Positions 33,516 to 43,024 of a stretch of DNA of 64,000 nt are shown piece by piece. The notes beneath the pieces are model-generated. The model saw only the letters and a list, made by a program, of their open reading frames with translations, was not told the origin of the DNA and searched no databases. This DNA comes from Escherichia phage CJ20: sequence record MT533174.1; one strand, written 5' to 3'. Within the stretch, counting starts at the first letter, position 1, and the number at the start of each line of letters is the position of its first letter. Position numbers and translations under genes: made by a program.

Positions 33516-34847
33516 ATGCAACTGAATAAACGTGATTTAAAAGACATTATTGACGTGGAAGCATTGTCATATGCTATCTACACTGTGGAAGGTCGTGCAA
33601 TCCCAAACATGATTGATGGTTTTAAACCAGTTCACAGATTTGTTATGGCGAGAGCATTAGACCTGGCGCGTGGTGATAAGAATAAATTCCATAAGGTTGC
33701 ATCCATCGCCGGCGGCGTGGCTGATTATGGTTATCACCATGGCGAAGCATCAGCGGAAGAAGCAACTTCTGGTCTGGTCGCAACATATAAAAATGAATAC
33801 CCCATGTTTGATGGGCAAGGCAACTTTGGTTCCAGAATGGTGCCAGAAGCATCATCAGCTCGTTATGTATTCGCAAGGGTTTCAAAGAACTTTTATAACT
33901 TGTTTAAGGATACAGAATATGCTCCGGTCCATCCTGATGAAGAACATAAGCCTCCTGCTTTTTATCTTCCTGTTATTCCTACTGTATTACTTAACGCCAC
34001 TTCTGGGATTGCTGTTGGCTTCGCTACTGATATTCTTCCTCATTCGTTCCAGGACGTCAAGGAAGCTGTTAAAGCTATCGTGGAAGGTCGTGAGCCGGTT
34101 GCTCCGAAAGTAAAATATCCAGAATTCCGTGGTGAAGTTGTTGAGCTGGAAGAGCCTGGTAAGTATGAGCTTCATGGCACGTACAAAATGACTTCCAGAA
34201 CTCAAATGGAAATTACTGAAATTCCAGTCCAATGGAACCTGGAAAAGTATACAAGTAAAATCCTGGACCCACTGGAAGAGAAAGGTTTTATCACCTGGAA
34301 AGATAACTGTGGCGAGCATGGTTTTGGGTTTAAGATTAAATTCCGCAAAGAATACAAGCTGGATGGTACTGAAGAAGAGAATCATGAGAAAATCATGAAA
34401 GACTTCGGTCTGATTGAGAAGCTCTCCCAGAACTTAACAGTGCTTAATCACAAAGGTAAACTGGCTGAATACACCAACACGCTTGACCTGATTCGCGATT
34501 TCGTTGATGTCCGTAAGACTTATGTCCAAGTGCGAATTGATAGTAAGATTAAAGAAACTGAAGCAGCATTTAAACTGGCCCGGGCGAAAGTTTTCTTTAT
34601 TAAAGAAGTGATTGACGGCAAGGTTGTTATCCAGGGGAAACCTCGTAAGAAGTTGATTGAGGAGCTCCAGGCAAGCGAAATATATGGTGAGTTTGCAGAG
34701 AAGTTAGTGGCGATGAACATCTACCATATGACCTCTGATGAAGCCAAGAAGCTTGCAGACGAAGCAAAGGCTAAGAAAGCTGAGCATGAGTACTGGAAGG
34801 CAACTGATGTTAAAACTGAATACCTTAATGACTTGGAGGCTCTATGA
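33516..34847 (+). CDS. 52: DNA topoisomerase II medium subunit gp52 (GyrA-like)
   Basis: 443 aa; N-terminal EGRAIPNMIDGFKPVHRF and later catalytic-Tyr region; matches remembered T4 gp52. Confidence 0.93.
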   Translation: MQLNKRDLKDIIDVEALSYAIYTVEGRAIPNMIDGFKPVHRFVMARALDLARGDKNKFHKVASIAGGVADYGYHHGEASAEEATSGLVATYKNEYPMFDGQGNFGSRMVPEASSARYVFARVSKNFYNLFKDTEYAPVHPDEEHKPPAFYLPVIPTVLLNATSGIAVGFATDILPHSFQDVKEAVKAIVEGREPVAPKVKYPEFRGEVVELEEPGKYELHGTYKMTSRTQMEITEIPVQWNLEKYTSKILDPLEEKGFITWKDNCGEHGFGFKIKFRKEYKLDGTEEENHEKIMKDFGLIEKLSQNLTVLNHKGKLAEYTNTLDLIRDFVDVRKTYVQVRIDSKIKETEAAFKLARAKVFFIKEVIDGKVVIQGKPRKKLIEELQASEIYGEFAEKLVAMNIYHMTSDEAKKLADEAKAKKAEHEYWKATDVKTEYLNDLEAL

Positions 34848-34938
34848 GCATAGAAAATGAATACGCAGTGATTTGTGCTGCTGTAGCTGGCCTGTTGATT
34901 GCCTGGGTTATTGGCAAAGTGATTGATTCTTAAAAACT

Positions 34939-34960
34939 AGGACCCTTCGGGGTCCTTTTT
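34939..34960 (+). terminator. Rho-independent terminator (AGGACCC-TTCG-GGGTCCT + T run)
   Basis: 7-bp stem, TTCG loop, TTTTT. Confidence 0.75.
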
Positions 34961-34974
34961 ATTTTAAAAAGTAG

Positions 34975-35003
34975 TGTACAATCCCCTTGACCTGATGCAT
35001 AAT
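34975..35003 (+). promoter_or_regulatory. Early sigma70-type promoter
   Basis: AAAAAGTAGTGTACA, TGTACA 34975-34980, CATAAT 34998-35003, leader TGATTCCATACTGAG. Confidence 0.5.
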
Positions 35004-35052
35004 GATTCCATACTGAGTTACAAACTGAATCACAAAAACTTTGGAGAATAAA

Positions 35053-35268
35053 ATGTTTACTGCACAACAGAATGAAGGTCAAGAATACATTAACGCTAAA
35101 TTCAAATCTAATAAAGAAGCTTGCTATTATTACTTTGACATGTTCAAACTGGCGAATTCTAAAGAAGAACGTAAACAAGCGATTGATGTTATTGTTTCTA
35201 CTTCCCATATGAAGCGTACTGTGGTACAATCATATGCATCCAATTACATGAAATCTATTAAGGGATAA
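35053..35268 (+). CDS. Hypothetical protein (71 aa)
   Basis: ATG 35053 after SD GGAGAATAAAATG. Confidence 0.4.
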   Translation: MFTAQQNEGQEYINAKFKSNKEACYYYFDMFKLANSKEERKQAIDVIVSTSHMKRTVVQSYASNYMKSIKG

Positions 35269-35270
35269 TT

Positions 35271-35879
35271 ATGAACAAGTTAAATTATATCGTTAAATGC
35301 TCCCAGAACGCTCTACACGAGACTGATGTCAATGCTCTGGTGTTTGTATACAAAAACAACTTTGTTCGTCCAGAGGTTGTTTTAGACCAGCAGAACACAT
35401 CAATTGATAGCGTACAGACATTGTTGAATAACAACTATGTTGAAGCTTCTGGTGATGGTTTGATGGTTACAGAAAAAGGTGTTGACCTTATTCTGGATGC
35501 GGCTGAACTTTGGGCAAATGAAAATAATCCTGACCTTCTGGAAGTAAAGAAGACAAGAACAAAACGCGGTGTGACTGATGAAATGGAAGCGACTGCAGAA
35601 TATATCAAAGAGCAATTGTTGTCCATTGGTATTGACTTTAAGAGCATTTCAGAAGACCGCAGTAATTTGATTGTGAAGTTCAAGCGTGTCAAGACATTAA
35701 AACAGATTGATGTGCGACGTGATGGTCAGATTCGCGTGCATGCGTATAATACTGAACAAAAGATAGTAAAACAGTTTACAGACGTGGGATTTAGCGTTAA
35801 AGTAGGTGGATTGAATACCTACATTGACAATCATATGTCAACTGAAAACATTCAACATGTTATTAACATCTTAAAGTGA
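35271..35879 (+). CDS. motA: Middle-transcription activator MotA
   Basis: 202 aa; position between genes 52 and asiA and motif SGDGL as in remembered T4 MotA. Confidence 0.75.
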   Translation: MNKLNYIVKCSQNALHETDVNALVFVYKNNFVRPEVVLDQQNTSIDSVQTLLNNNYVEASGDGLMVTEKGVDLILDAAELWANENNPDLLEVKKTRTKRGVTDEMEATAEYIKEQLLSIGIDFKSISEDRSNLIVKFKRVKTLKQIDVRRDGQIRVHAYNTEQKIVKQFTDVGFSVKVGGLNTYIDNHMSTENIQHVINILK

Positions 35880-35886
35880 GGAAATT

Positions 35887-36231
35887 ATGAATAAGCTGAA
35901 TATTGTTAATGAATTGCGTGCTTGTGTAGAACCTACTCAAGAGGGTTGGGATGTTTGGTATCATGGCGCTTATCTTGGAACTATTATCAAGGTCAAAGCT
36001 GGGTTATATTTAATCATTCGTGAAAATTCTGAATTCCCTAATGGAGTAGCTCCTGGTGGTATTCGCAAGAACTTCATGGCGGCAATTGGTGCCTTTGTTC
36101 CAGCAGCATATGAAGTATATAAAGCTGACTACAAAGAATACCAGGAATCACAACCAGTTATTCGCTCAATTGGTGTTAATAAAGCACAACAGAAAAGTCT
36201 GTGGCAACGTGTTAAAGGTTGGTTCAAATGA
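35887..36231 (+). CDS. Hypothetical protein (114 aa)
   Basis: SD GAGGAAATTATG; no homology recognised. Confidence 0.45.
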   Translation: MNKLNIVNELRACVEPTQEGWDVWYHGAYLGTIIKVKAGLYLIIRENSEFPNGVAPGGIRKNFMAAIGAFVPAAYEVYKADYKEYQESQPVIRSIGVNKAQQKSLWQRVKGWFK

Positions 36232-36716
36232 ATCCATTAAAAGGTAAAGAATTATCCTTTAAAGACCGTATGGCCTTATTGGATAAAGCTCTTTCTCGTG
36301 AAACTCCTGAAAGTCTCGCTGCTAAACTACAGGCATATGGTGATTACACTGAATATACAGAAGAGGATGTTTTAGAAGAGGTTCCTGAAATCTGTTGGCA
36401 GATTGCTCATTGGAACAACAATGAAAAATATCAGCGACGGATTGTGTGTGCTGCCAACCGCTTTAAGTTAAAAGATGGTGGGACTCTGGTTATTCCTGGT
36501 GCCAGACATTATTCCAAGGATATGGCAGAAGTGCTTGACCAGGTAAGTGATAAACTCGTGTCAGACCATGTTTGTGGTGACGACCAAGGATTTATTGACC
36601 AATACAGCAATTACTGGACCCGCGAAGAAGCAATGATTATTGCGACTTATGCAAATCAGGTGCGCATTGAACGTGGTGGCAGTGAGAAAGAACTTTATTC
36701 AGAGGACCTTTACTAA
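36228..36716 (+). CDS. Hypothetical protein (162 aa)
   Basis: ATGA overlap; contains VCAANR...[11 protein letters not shown]; no family assigned. Confidence 0.45.
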   Translation: MNPLKGKELSFKDRMALLDKALSRETPESLAAKLQAYGDYTEYTEEDVLEEVPEICWQIAHWNNNEKYQRRIVCAANRFKLKDGGTLVIPGARHYSKDMAEVLDQVSDKLVSDHVCGDDQGFIDQYSNYWTREEAMIIATYANQVRIERGGSEKELYSEDLY

Positions 36717-36994
36717 TGAACCTTAAACAACTCCAAATTGATGCGATTGAAAACCATATTAATCATATCAAACGTCTGAATACCATGATGGAAGAAAACT
36801 GGGGAACTTATGTTAACCAACCAGCTTGGGATGCCCTAGACCATGAATATATAAAGGATATTAGTGATAACACATATAGAGTTAGAGAAGGTCTGAAGCC
36901 CTTCCTGCGTGATATGTATATTGCGACTAATAAAGAAATTATTAGCTCTCTTGAATACCAATTAAGGAAATTGCATGAACAACCTGGTAGCTAA
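36716..36994 (+). CDS. Hypothetical protein (92 aa), Arn position and size
   Basis: Same length as T4 Arn and located upstream of asiA; assignment untested. Confidence 0.4.
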   Translation: MNLKQLQIDAIENHINHIKRLNTMMEENWGTYVNQPAWDALDHEYIKDISDNTYRVREGLKPFLRDMYIATNKEIISSLEYQLRKLHEQPGS

Positions 36995-37083
36995 ACACGA
37001 TTTCAATAAGGCGTCTGTCCATAAGGATAAGAAGAAAACCGAAATGCAGTCCAAACGCAAGCAGAAGCACAAGGAGAATCACT

Positions 37084-37248
37084 ATGAGTCATAACTTAGA
37101 GAACACCATCACTGGTCAGCGTACACGCGAGCAGGCTTGCTTTGAGGAATTCCTTGGAGCTGATTTTAAGTTCCAGGAACCAGTTGAACAGTTGTATCAG
37201 GAATATGTTGTACAGATGGAAAATCATGTGTACAACCCAGAGGAATAA
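37084..37248 (+). CDS. Hypothetical small protein (54 aa)
   Basis: SD AAGGAGAATCACTATG; acidic. Confidence 0.3.
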   Translation: MSHNLENTITGQRTREQACFEEFLGADFKFQEPVEQLYQEYVVQMENHVYNPEE

Positions 37249-37306
37249 TAGTACAATATCCCTACTGAATAATTGAATGTCTTATTGAATACTTGAGTAA
37301 ATTAAA

Positions 37307-37582
37307 ATGACTAAATTTGAAATCGTTTCTGAAATTGTTACTGTAACTTCAATTTTGATTAAAACCGACCGGGAAGATATTACGATGAAGCGTGATGTGT
37401 TTATCGCGTTTTTGAATGAGTTGGGATTGAGGAATGAGAATGGTAATGAGTTAAACAATGTATCGTTTAACAAGTTGTTTAAAAGTTTATCTGAAGATGA
37501 AATTGAACAAATCATTGAACAATTTAACGAAGGATTCGAAGATATACACCGTTATCTTATGATGTATACCTCCGGATTCTAA
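37307..37582 (+). CDS. asiA: Anti-sigma70 factor AsiA
   Basis: 91 aa; EIVTVTSILIK, FIAFLNE.G, EQFNEGFE..HRYL.MYT match remembered T4 AsiA. Confidence 0.85.
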   Translation: MTKFEIVSEIVTVTSILIKTDREDITMKRDVFIAFLNELGLRNENGNELNNVSFNKLFKSLSEDEIEQIIEQFNEGFEDIHRYLMMYTSGF

Positions 37583-38232
37583 CGTGTACGCCCGAGCGTA
37601 CGACCTGCTTGTCCACACATAGCAGAAAGCCTATCAAAACTAAGGTCGGGTTTTTGCTTATACCAGTACAACGAGACTGTGCCTGCGTAAACGTTTTCCA
37701 AATTAAAGAATGGGCAGCTGAACATATATTCGAAGCTGCTTTTTTTCTTTGTTGGTAAGAATACAGATTCCGTGCCGGATTCAAAATAATTACCATTAAC
37801 CCCCGCCAAATATTCTGCTGAAGTTTTATCTATTGGAAACCCACCCAAATTTTTTTCATCAACTGATTCAGGCAATATCCCCTCATACCCCACCATATCC
37901 ACAAAGTAGTTAAGGTTAGTTGGTCTAAAGGAATATATCGCCGTGAAGTCAGCTCCGCTTGACGAGTGGACTATCTGGATTTGCTCGATAGCTGCAATTT
38001 TAAATCTGTTATCCTGGTCTTGCCTTATCATTTCTGTGTACGAGGCGTATGAAGCATCCCTGTACGCATCTAAAATTGCATCACCTTTATACCAGATTAC
38101 CGCCATTAAAAATAATAGAACAATAACTAGTACCCGGGAAAAAACAACTTTCCCGGTCGCATTATCTTTAAAAATTCTATCAAGAAGTCCAAAAAGTAGG
38201 TCTGATAATGAAAATCCTACTTTTGGTTCCAT
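37579..38232 (-). CDS. t: Holin T
   Basis: 217 aa with single N-proximal transmembrane helix and large periplasmic domain; length and position as T4 t. Confidence 0.9.
   Translation of the reverse strand: MEPKVGFSLSDLLFGLLDRIFKDNATGKVVFSRVLVIVLLFLMAVIWYKGDAILDAYRDASYASYTEMIRQDQDNRFKIAAIEQIQIVHSSSGADFTAIYSFRPTNLNYFVDMVGYEGILPESVDEKNLGGFPIDKTSAEYLAGVNGNYFESGTESVFLPTKKKSSFEYMFSCPFFNLENVYAGTVSLYWYKQKPDLSFDRLSAMCGQAGRTLGRTR
37586..37601. other. Stem-loop GTACGC-CCGA-GCGTAC at the convergent asiA / t junction
   Basis: Perfect 6-bp inverted repeat 4 nt after asiA stop, inside the 3' end of t; no T run. Confidence 0.3.
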
Positions 38233-38250
38233 ACTTTTCTCCTTTAAAGA

Positions 38251-38258
38251 TATTTATA
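38251..38258 (-). promoter_or_regulatory. Late promoter box TATAAATA for t
   Basis: Reverse complement of tatttata 38251-38258; 18 nt upstream of t start with SD AGGAG. Confidence 0.6.
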
Positions 38259-38269
38259 ATACAGAAGTA

Positions 38270-39052
38270 TTACACACGGCTTCCGTGGATGGTTCCTACG
38301 TTCTGCCAAGAAGGAGCATTGCCTGTAACGGCTGCACCGCCGGCCCCACCGCCTGATGTTGAGACTTTCTTGCCCCAACCATTTCCCCCGGCAGCAGCTA
38401 CGTTACCACCATTACCGGCACCCCACTGTCCACCAGCGTTACCACCTGAACCAGCCGCAGTTAGAGACGCGTTACCACCCGGTTGATACCCAACGGAGCC
38501 ACCGAGTCCGAATGGACGGCCGCCACCACCACCACAGGTGGCATTAGTTGGCCATCTATTTTGCAATGATGCAGCGCCGCCGCCACCGCCGCCACCGGCG
38601 ATAGAACCATTATTACGAATACGGAGTTTAGTTCCGGCAGCGTTATGGATTGCTGTACCACCTGCTTGGCCTGCAGAACCATTGGTAGAACCGTTACCTC
38701 CTCGACCATAAACAGTTACACCGCTGTTAATAGTAAGCTGTATATACGCATTAGGTAAGTTGCTAGGGAATTCCAGGCAAGGGTTTCCTCTGCTGTTAGA
38801 TACTAAGTCACCAGTGATTGTAATAACCACTGGCGCACCACCTTGGGCTCTCATCCAGTTAATAAGGGAGTTTCTATCATAATTATGGTTGGCGCCTATA
38901 GATAGATAAATTTCTTTTGATTGTCCTGCCATCGAACCCATCCAACCCGGTACTGCAACTCGCACATCTCGCATTGCCGCATCCATCCAACGTTGTCCCG
39001 TTTCATCTACGGCAGATTGTCCAATCCAACCAGGAACACCTACAATTGCCAT
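38270..39052 (-). CDS. 38: Tail fibre adhesin gp38 (T2-type, glycine-rich motifs)
   Basis: 260 aa; conserved N-terminus MAIVGVPGWIG and several poly-Gly motifs separated by variable segments. Confidence 0.85.
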   Translation of the reverse strand: MAIVGVPGWIGQSAVDETGQRWMDAAMRDVRVAVPGWMGSMAGQSKEIYLSIGANHNYDRNSLINWMRAQGGAPVVITITGDLVSNSRGNPCLEFPSNLPNAYIQLTINSGVTVYGRGGNGSTNGSAGQAGGTAIHNAAGTKLRIRNNGSIAGGGGGGGAASLQNRWPTNATCGGGGGRPFGLGGSVGYQPGGNASLTAAGSGGNAGGQWGAGNGGNVAAAGGNGWGKKVSTSGGGAGGAAVTGNAPSWQNVGTIHGSRV

Positions 39053-39064
39053 TAAAAATCCTTA

Positions 39065-39080
39065 GAGGGCCGAAGCCCTC
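39065..39080 (-). other. Intergenic stem-loop GAGGGC-TTCG-GCCCTC between genes 37 and 38
   Basis: Perfect 6-bp stem with tetraloop just upstream of the gp38 SD; possible attenuator or mRNA processing site. Confidence 0.35.
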
Positions 39081-39083
39081 TTG

Positions 39084-42000
39084 TTAATTAAGTTTTGCTT
39101 CAAGTTCTTTAACTTTAGCCGACAGAGTTTTAACTGCTTCAATTAACAGAGCAACTTGTGCCTGGGTTGAAACGGTAAGAACTTTGTTACCTTTAATGTC
39201 GTCAACTTCACGAATAGCTTCAGGTAATACTTTTTCTAAACTCTGTGCAATAACACCTGCTTCGGTATGAACAACTTCGCCACCAATATAATCAGCTTTA
39301 TCATAGATTAAACCGTCTAGCTGTTCAACCTTATCAAGAGCATTTTCAATCGGTTTGAAGTTAGATTTCAAACGAATATCAGAACGAATATAAACGTTCG
39401 GGGCGTTAATATTCATATCCGAATAAGTATCACCTGACTGGAATCTCATGCGGCGGGCGGCATTAGTAATAATATCAAAAATACCGTCACCGCTCTGTTT
39501 AATACCAGTGTCATTATCACCGATTGCAATCGAGTTGCCACCAAGTGCGTTATTGATGTTAATACCAAATGAATTCATTTGATTAACACCAGATACAGTA
39601 GCGTTATTTAATACAAAGCGGTTAGCCCCGCCTGGAGTTTTTTCAAAGTAAGCAATATAGTTAGTTTCATCGGCAATTTCAATACGGTTACCGCGCGTAC
39701 CATCACCTGCATGAAATATACTCATATGTCTTGGATTAGCACCAGACTTATTAAAGTGAATATAACCATTATCTTTGATAACAATATCATTATAGAATGT
39801 GGCAAAGTCGCGAACAGATATGCCATTATTCATTGATACTTCACCAGTCGACAAGCTAATTGCGAAAGGACGTTTACTGTTCCAATCACCATTGACTGTA
39901 GCTGCGCCATCAGTAGCATTTTTATCTGTAAACAGAATATAAAAACTTCCACCGTCGTTTCGTAACATTGTAGCAACAGAACCAGTTTTATCATAGTTAC
40001 TTCTGATACGAATACCGGTTTGGTTATTAATAGCTATTTCAGAATCAGCTTCATAACGTTTTACTTTACCTGTGTCTACCAGGTTGTTAAGCATGTTAGC
40101 TACTTGGCCTTTAACATGATCAACTGGCAAAGAATCTACTGGGTTTTGAGTAGGACCAAAAGCGCCGATAACTTCTACGGTAGCATTATCAACTGCATGC
40201 CAGGTATAAGCTAATTGGTTGGCATAAGTACCAGATTCAACATAGACATCATATGTATTTCCTGAGGTATTAACTACAGCAATATCAGTAAGACCCGCAG
40301 CTGTTCTGGTATACATCACGGCGTTTAAACCTAATGGGCGGTCATTACCAGTACGAAGAACAATTTCTGTTATAGCACACTGCGTAAACAGTCCAGTATT
40401 AAATCCTTTACCACCAGTTACGGTAAATGAAGCAGTAGAAGTAGATTGTGGCATTGTTACTGTTGCAAACTTATACCATCCAGCAGTTGCACCGTATGTT
40501 ACAAATCCGGAATTGACCTTACGGTTTAATGTGGTATTCAAGTTAACAAAATTACCAGAACCACCTGTAATATTACCAGTTCTATCAAATCTGACTTGGC
40601 CTGCTATTAAATCGCGAGGTGAAATAAAATCACCGTTTTTAATAAATTCCCATCCAAAATCAGCGGTCTGTGGACCTGAAGAACCGTTATCTCCGCCACC
40701 ATGGTAATGAACTCGGAAATTACCATTATTAATTAAAGTCCCCAATGAATAGCAACCGTTACCTTGAACATAACGCTGTTTCAAAATCGGAACATATGTA
40801 CCAGTATCAGCTCTATCAATATTCATATAGAACGGCGCACGGACATTTTCATTATTCTGGGAAGCAAATGAACCCGCACCAGCTGGTCGAACTGCGTCAG
40901 TGCATTCGGCATCAATATACGATGCTTGTCCTATCTGCATACGGAAATTAGGAGAAATGCGACTATTACTAGTAACAACAACAAGTTTGCTATCATTGTC
41001 CACAGTAATCATATTACCGCCAGCTCCATCATCGCCTAACGTAACAGAATGGCGCATTTGTACCATACCATTATTAAGACTAATACTTAGCGGGCGGAGA
41101 TTACTTATTCCACCACTTTCACCAGCGTCTTTAGGAGTTGGAATAATATGCAATGCCGCTTCTGAACGACGGAAAATAGCACCGTATTCAGCGTTCCAAA
41201 TTCTTAATGCATCTGCTGTTCCACCAATTTTTACTTGTCCGGTAATAGAAGAACCACCACGAATAGTAGCCCCATTTTCAAAAGTAACGCCACCGCCAAA
41301 TGTACCTTTACCGGAAGCAGTAATATCACCAAGGCCTATGATATGGCCTGTTTCAACAGTTCCGTTAAACTTAAAGTTGACAGGTCCTATACCTCCGGCA
41401 ACGGCCGGATTTGTACGCTGGGCATAAAAATAATAACCTTGCGAATCTGATACTTCAAATACAGTTTCTCTGTTACCGCCGCCTGCATTAAATGAATTAC
41501 CCCAAGCTTTAAGTGTTACAGTGTTTTTGTTTTGACCGTTACGAAGACCTGCGTCCCAATTGATAGTTTTAGTACCATCAACACCAGAAGGCGCTTTAAA
41601 CGATAAAGCATTAGTATTATCATCACCATTTAAAAACAAGCCCGTACGCATAGAAATACGCTGGGTGGAGTTAATTGTTCCGTCCGCTCTAATAGCAACG
41701 CTATTGGAACCGGTTTTAATATCTAAAATTCCTGGTTCAACAATTAAACCTTCTGCCATACCAACAGCCATACGACCCGTGCCACGGAAATAGTGATACA
41801 TTTTAGAATTGCTGTTATAACCGATATGAGTCTGACCATCACCGTTATTATTACCATCAACCTCGGTACGCGCAGTAAACATTGCTTGGTTGTTATTTGG
41901 GAAATCCCAAGTAGAACCAGAATCTCGACTATAACCAACCATCAATTTTTTAGTACTATTAATACCGTTATTAAGAATAGTTGCAGATGAAATACCATTG

Positions 42001-43016
42001 GCCATTAAATCGATAACGCCGTCACGGACCCATTTAATACCTGTATCGTTATCACCAATGGCAATACCTATAGAAATAGCTGAATCTAATGGATAACGAC
42101 CATTTACGCCACTATCAGGAAGACCTACCGAAATAGATTTACCTGCAGTAATACGCCCACTAGTATCAAACGCCCATTGGAAAGATGAAGGCCCAATACC
42201 AGTCCACCAAGAAATTTCTTGTGGCTTACCTTTGCGACAATCAGCAATTTCATGGAAAATACTTGATGCACTTGATGCGCGTAATTTACGCAAATAGTTT
42301 AAACCGTTAGTAGTATCATCAGAACCATCAGCTGGTGGGTTATAAACCCAGGTCGGTAATGAAACCCAGTCATAGCCGATGTTGGCATTTGCAACAAATG
42401 ATTTTGTACTGAAATTAATATTTTTGGTAACAATTTCAGGTCCAGTGATAATACCGTTGGCCGAGTTAATATTACCCGAAGCCGAAATATTACCTGCGCG
42501 GACCTCAATATTGCCATTATCTACAATAAAACTACCATTACGATTAAAAGTCCAATATTTTGAATCACCCGCTTCATTAATATAATGGAATTTAAAACTG
42601 CCTTCGCTTACTAATGTACCTGCTGAAAAAGTGCCGTCTTTATAACGTTGCTTAATCAAAGGGTGATATTCTGATACTGAGGTAGTTGAACTCAAATCCG
42701 TAAAGATAGGTGCTTTAGTCAGATGTTGGTTTGCCCATGCGCCATTACCGGCGGTCTTAGGTAAAAATTCAATATATTTACCGGCATAAACAAATTGGTT
42801 ACCGTTAAGGTTAAATGTCCCATTTTGAAGAACATCCCCATCAATAGTTCCGCCTTTTGCAAAGCCCAAATCAATAATCTGTCCTTGGTCGGATTTAGTA
42901 AAAATAGTGCGGTCACGCAAGTTAATAGCCAGTTCGCCTTCATCTAACTGAGCTGCAGTAGGCTTGGCTCCTGGTGTTTTACTTCTTTTAAATTGTATCG
43001 ATTTTAAAGTAGCCAT
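39084..43016 (-). CDS. 37: Long tail fibre distal subunit gp37 with C-terminal intramolecular-chaperone-like domain
   Basis: 1310 aa; N-terminus MATLK.IQFKRSK and long internal blocks match remembered T4 gp37; last 100 aa resemble a self-cleaving chaperone domain (SDIRLK motif). Confidence 0.95.
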   Translation of the reverse strand: MATLKSIQFKRSKTPGAKPTAAQLDEGELAINLRDRTIFTKSDQGQIIDLGFAKGGTIDGDVLQNGTFNLNGNQFVYAGKYIEFLPKTAGNGAWANQHLTKAPIFTDLSSTTSVSEYHPLIKQRYKDGTFSAGTLVSEGSFKFHYINEAGDSKYWTFNRNGSFIVDNGNIEVRAGNISASGNINSANGIITGPEIVTKNINFSTKSFVANANIGYDWVSLPTWVYNPPADGSDDTTNGLNYLRKLRASSASSIFHEIADCRKGKPQEISWWTGIGPSSFQWAFDTSGRITAGKSISVGLPDSGVNGRYPLDSAISIGIAIGDNDTGIKWVRDGVIDLMANGISSATILNNGINSTKKLMVGYSRDSGSTWDFPNNNQAMFTARTEVDGNNNGDGQTHIGYNSNSKMYHYFRGTGRMAVGMAEGLIVEPGILDIKTGSNSVAIRADGTINSTQRISMRTGLFLNGDDNTNALSFKAPSGVDGTKTINWDAGLRNGQNKNTVTLKAWGNSFNAGGGNRETVFEVSDSQGYYFYAQRTNPAVAGGIGPVNFKFNGTVETGHIIGLGDITASGKGTFGGGVTFENGATIRGGSSITGQVKIGGTADALRIWNAEYGAIFRRSEAALHIIPTPKDAGESGGISNLRPLSISLNNGMVQMRHSVTLGDDGAGGNMITVDNDSKLVVVTSNSRISPNFRMQIGQASYIDAECTDAVRPAGAGSFASQNNENVRAPFYMNIDRADTGTYVPILKQRYVQGNGCYSLGTLINNGNFRVHYHGGGDNGSSGPQTADFGWEFIKNGDFISPRDLIAGQVRFDRTGNITGGSGNFVNLNTTLNRKVNSGFVTYGATAGWYKFATVTMPQSTSTASFTVTGGKGFNTGLFTQCAITEIVLRTGNDRPLGLNAVMYTRTAAGLTDIAVVNTSGNTYDVYVESGTYANQLAYTWHAVDNATVEVIGAFGPTQNPVDSLPVDHVKGQVANMLNNLVDTGKVKRYEADSEIAINNQTGIRIRSNYDKTGSVATMLRNDGGSFYILFTDKNATDGAATVNGDWNSKRPFAISLSTGEVSMNNGISVRDFATFYNDIVIKDNGYIHFNKSGANPRHMSIFHAGDGTRGNRIEIADETNYIAYFEKTPGGANRFVLNNATVSGVNQMNSFGININNALGGNSIAIGDNDTGIKQSGDGIFDIITNAARRMRFQSGDTYSDMNINAPNVYIRSDIRLKSNFKPIENALDKVEQLDGLIYDKADYIGGEVVHTEAGVIAQSLEKVLPEAIREVDDIKGNKVLTVSTQAQVALLIEAVKTLSAKVKELEAKLN

Positions 43017-43024
43017 AATGCCTC

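Noticed and set aside
36975-37094. 39-aa basic ORF between 36716-36994 and 37084-37248
   Set aside because: Overlaps both neighbours, very short, no independent support.
38208-38547. Pro/Ala-rich and His-rich plus-strand ORFs and a repeat-like G+C-rich stretch over gene 38
   Set aside because: They are the antisense of the poly-glycine codon runs of the gp38 adhesin; the short repeats are coding repeats, not a CRISPR array or satellite.
40900-41427. 175-aa plus-strand ORF inside tail fibre gene 37
   Set aside because: Pro/Ser-rich translation of the antisense strand of a Gly/Thr-rich tail fibre gene; no expression signals.
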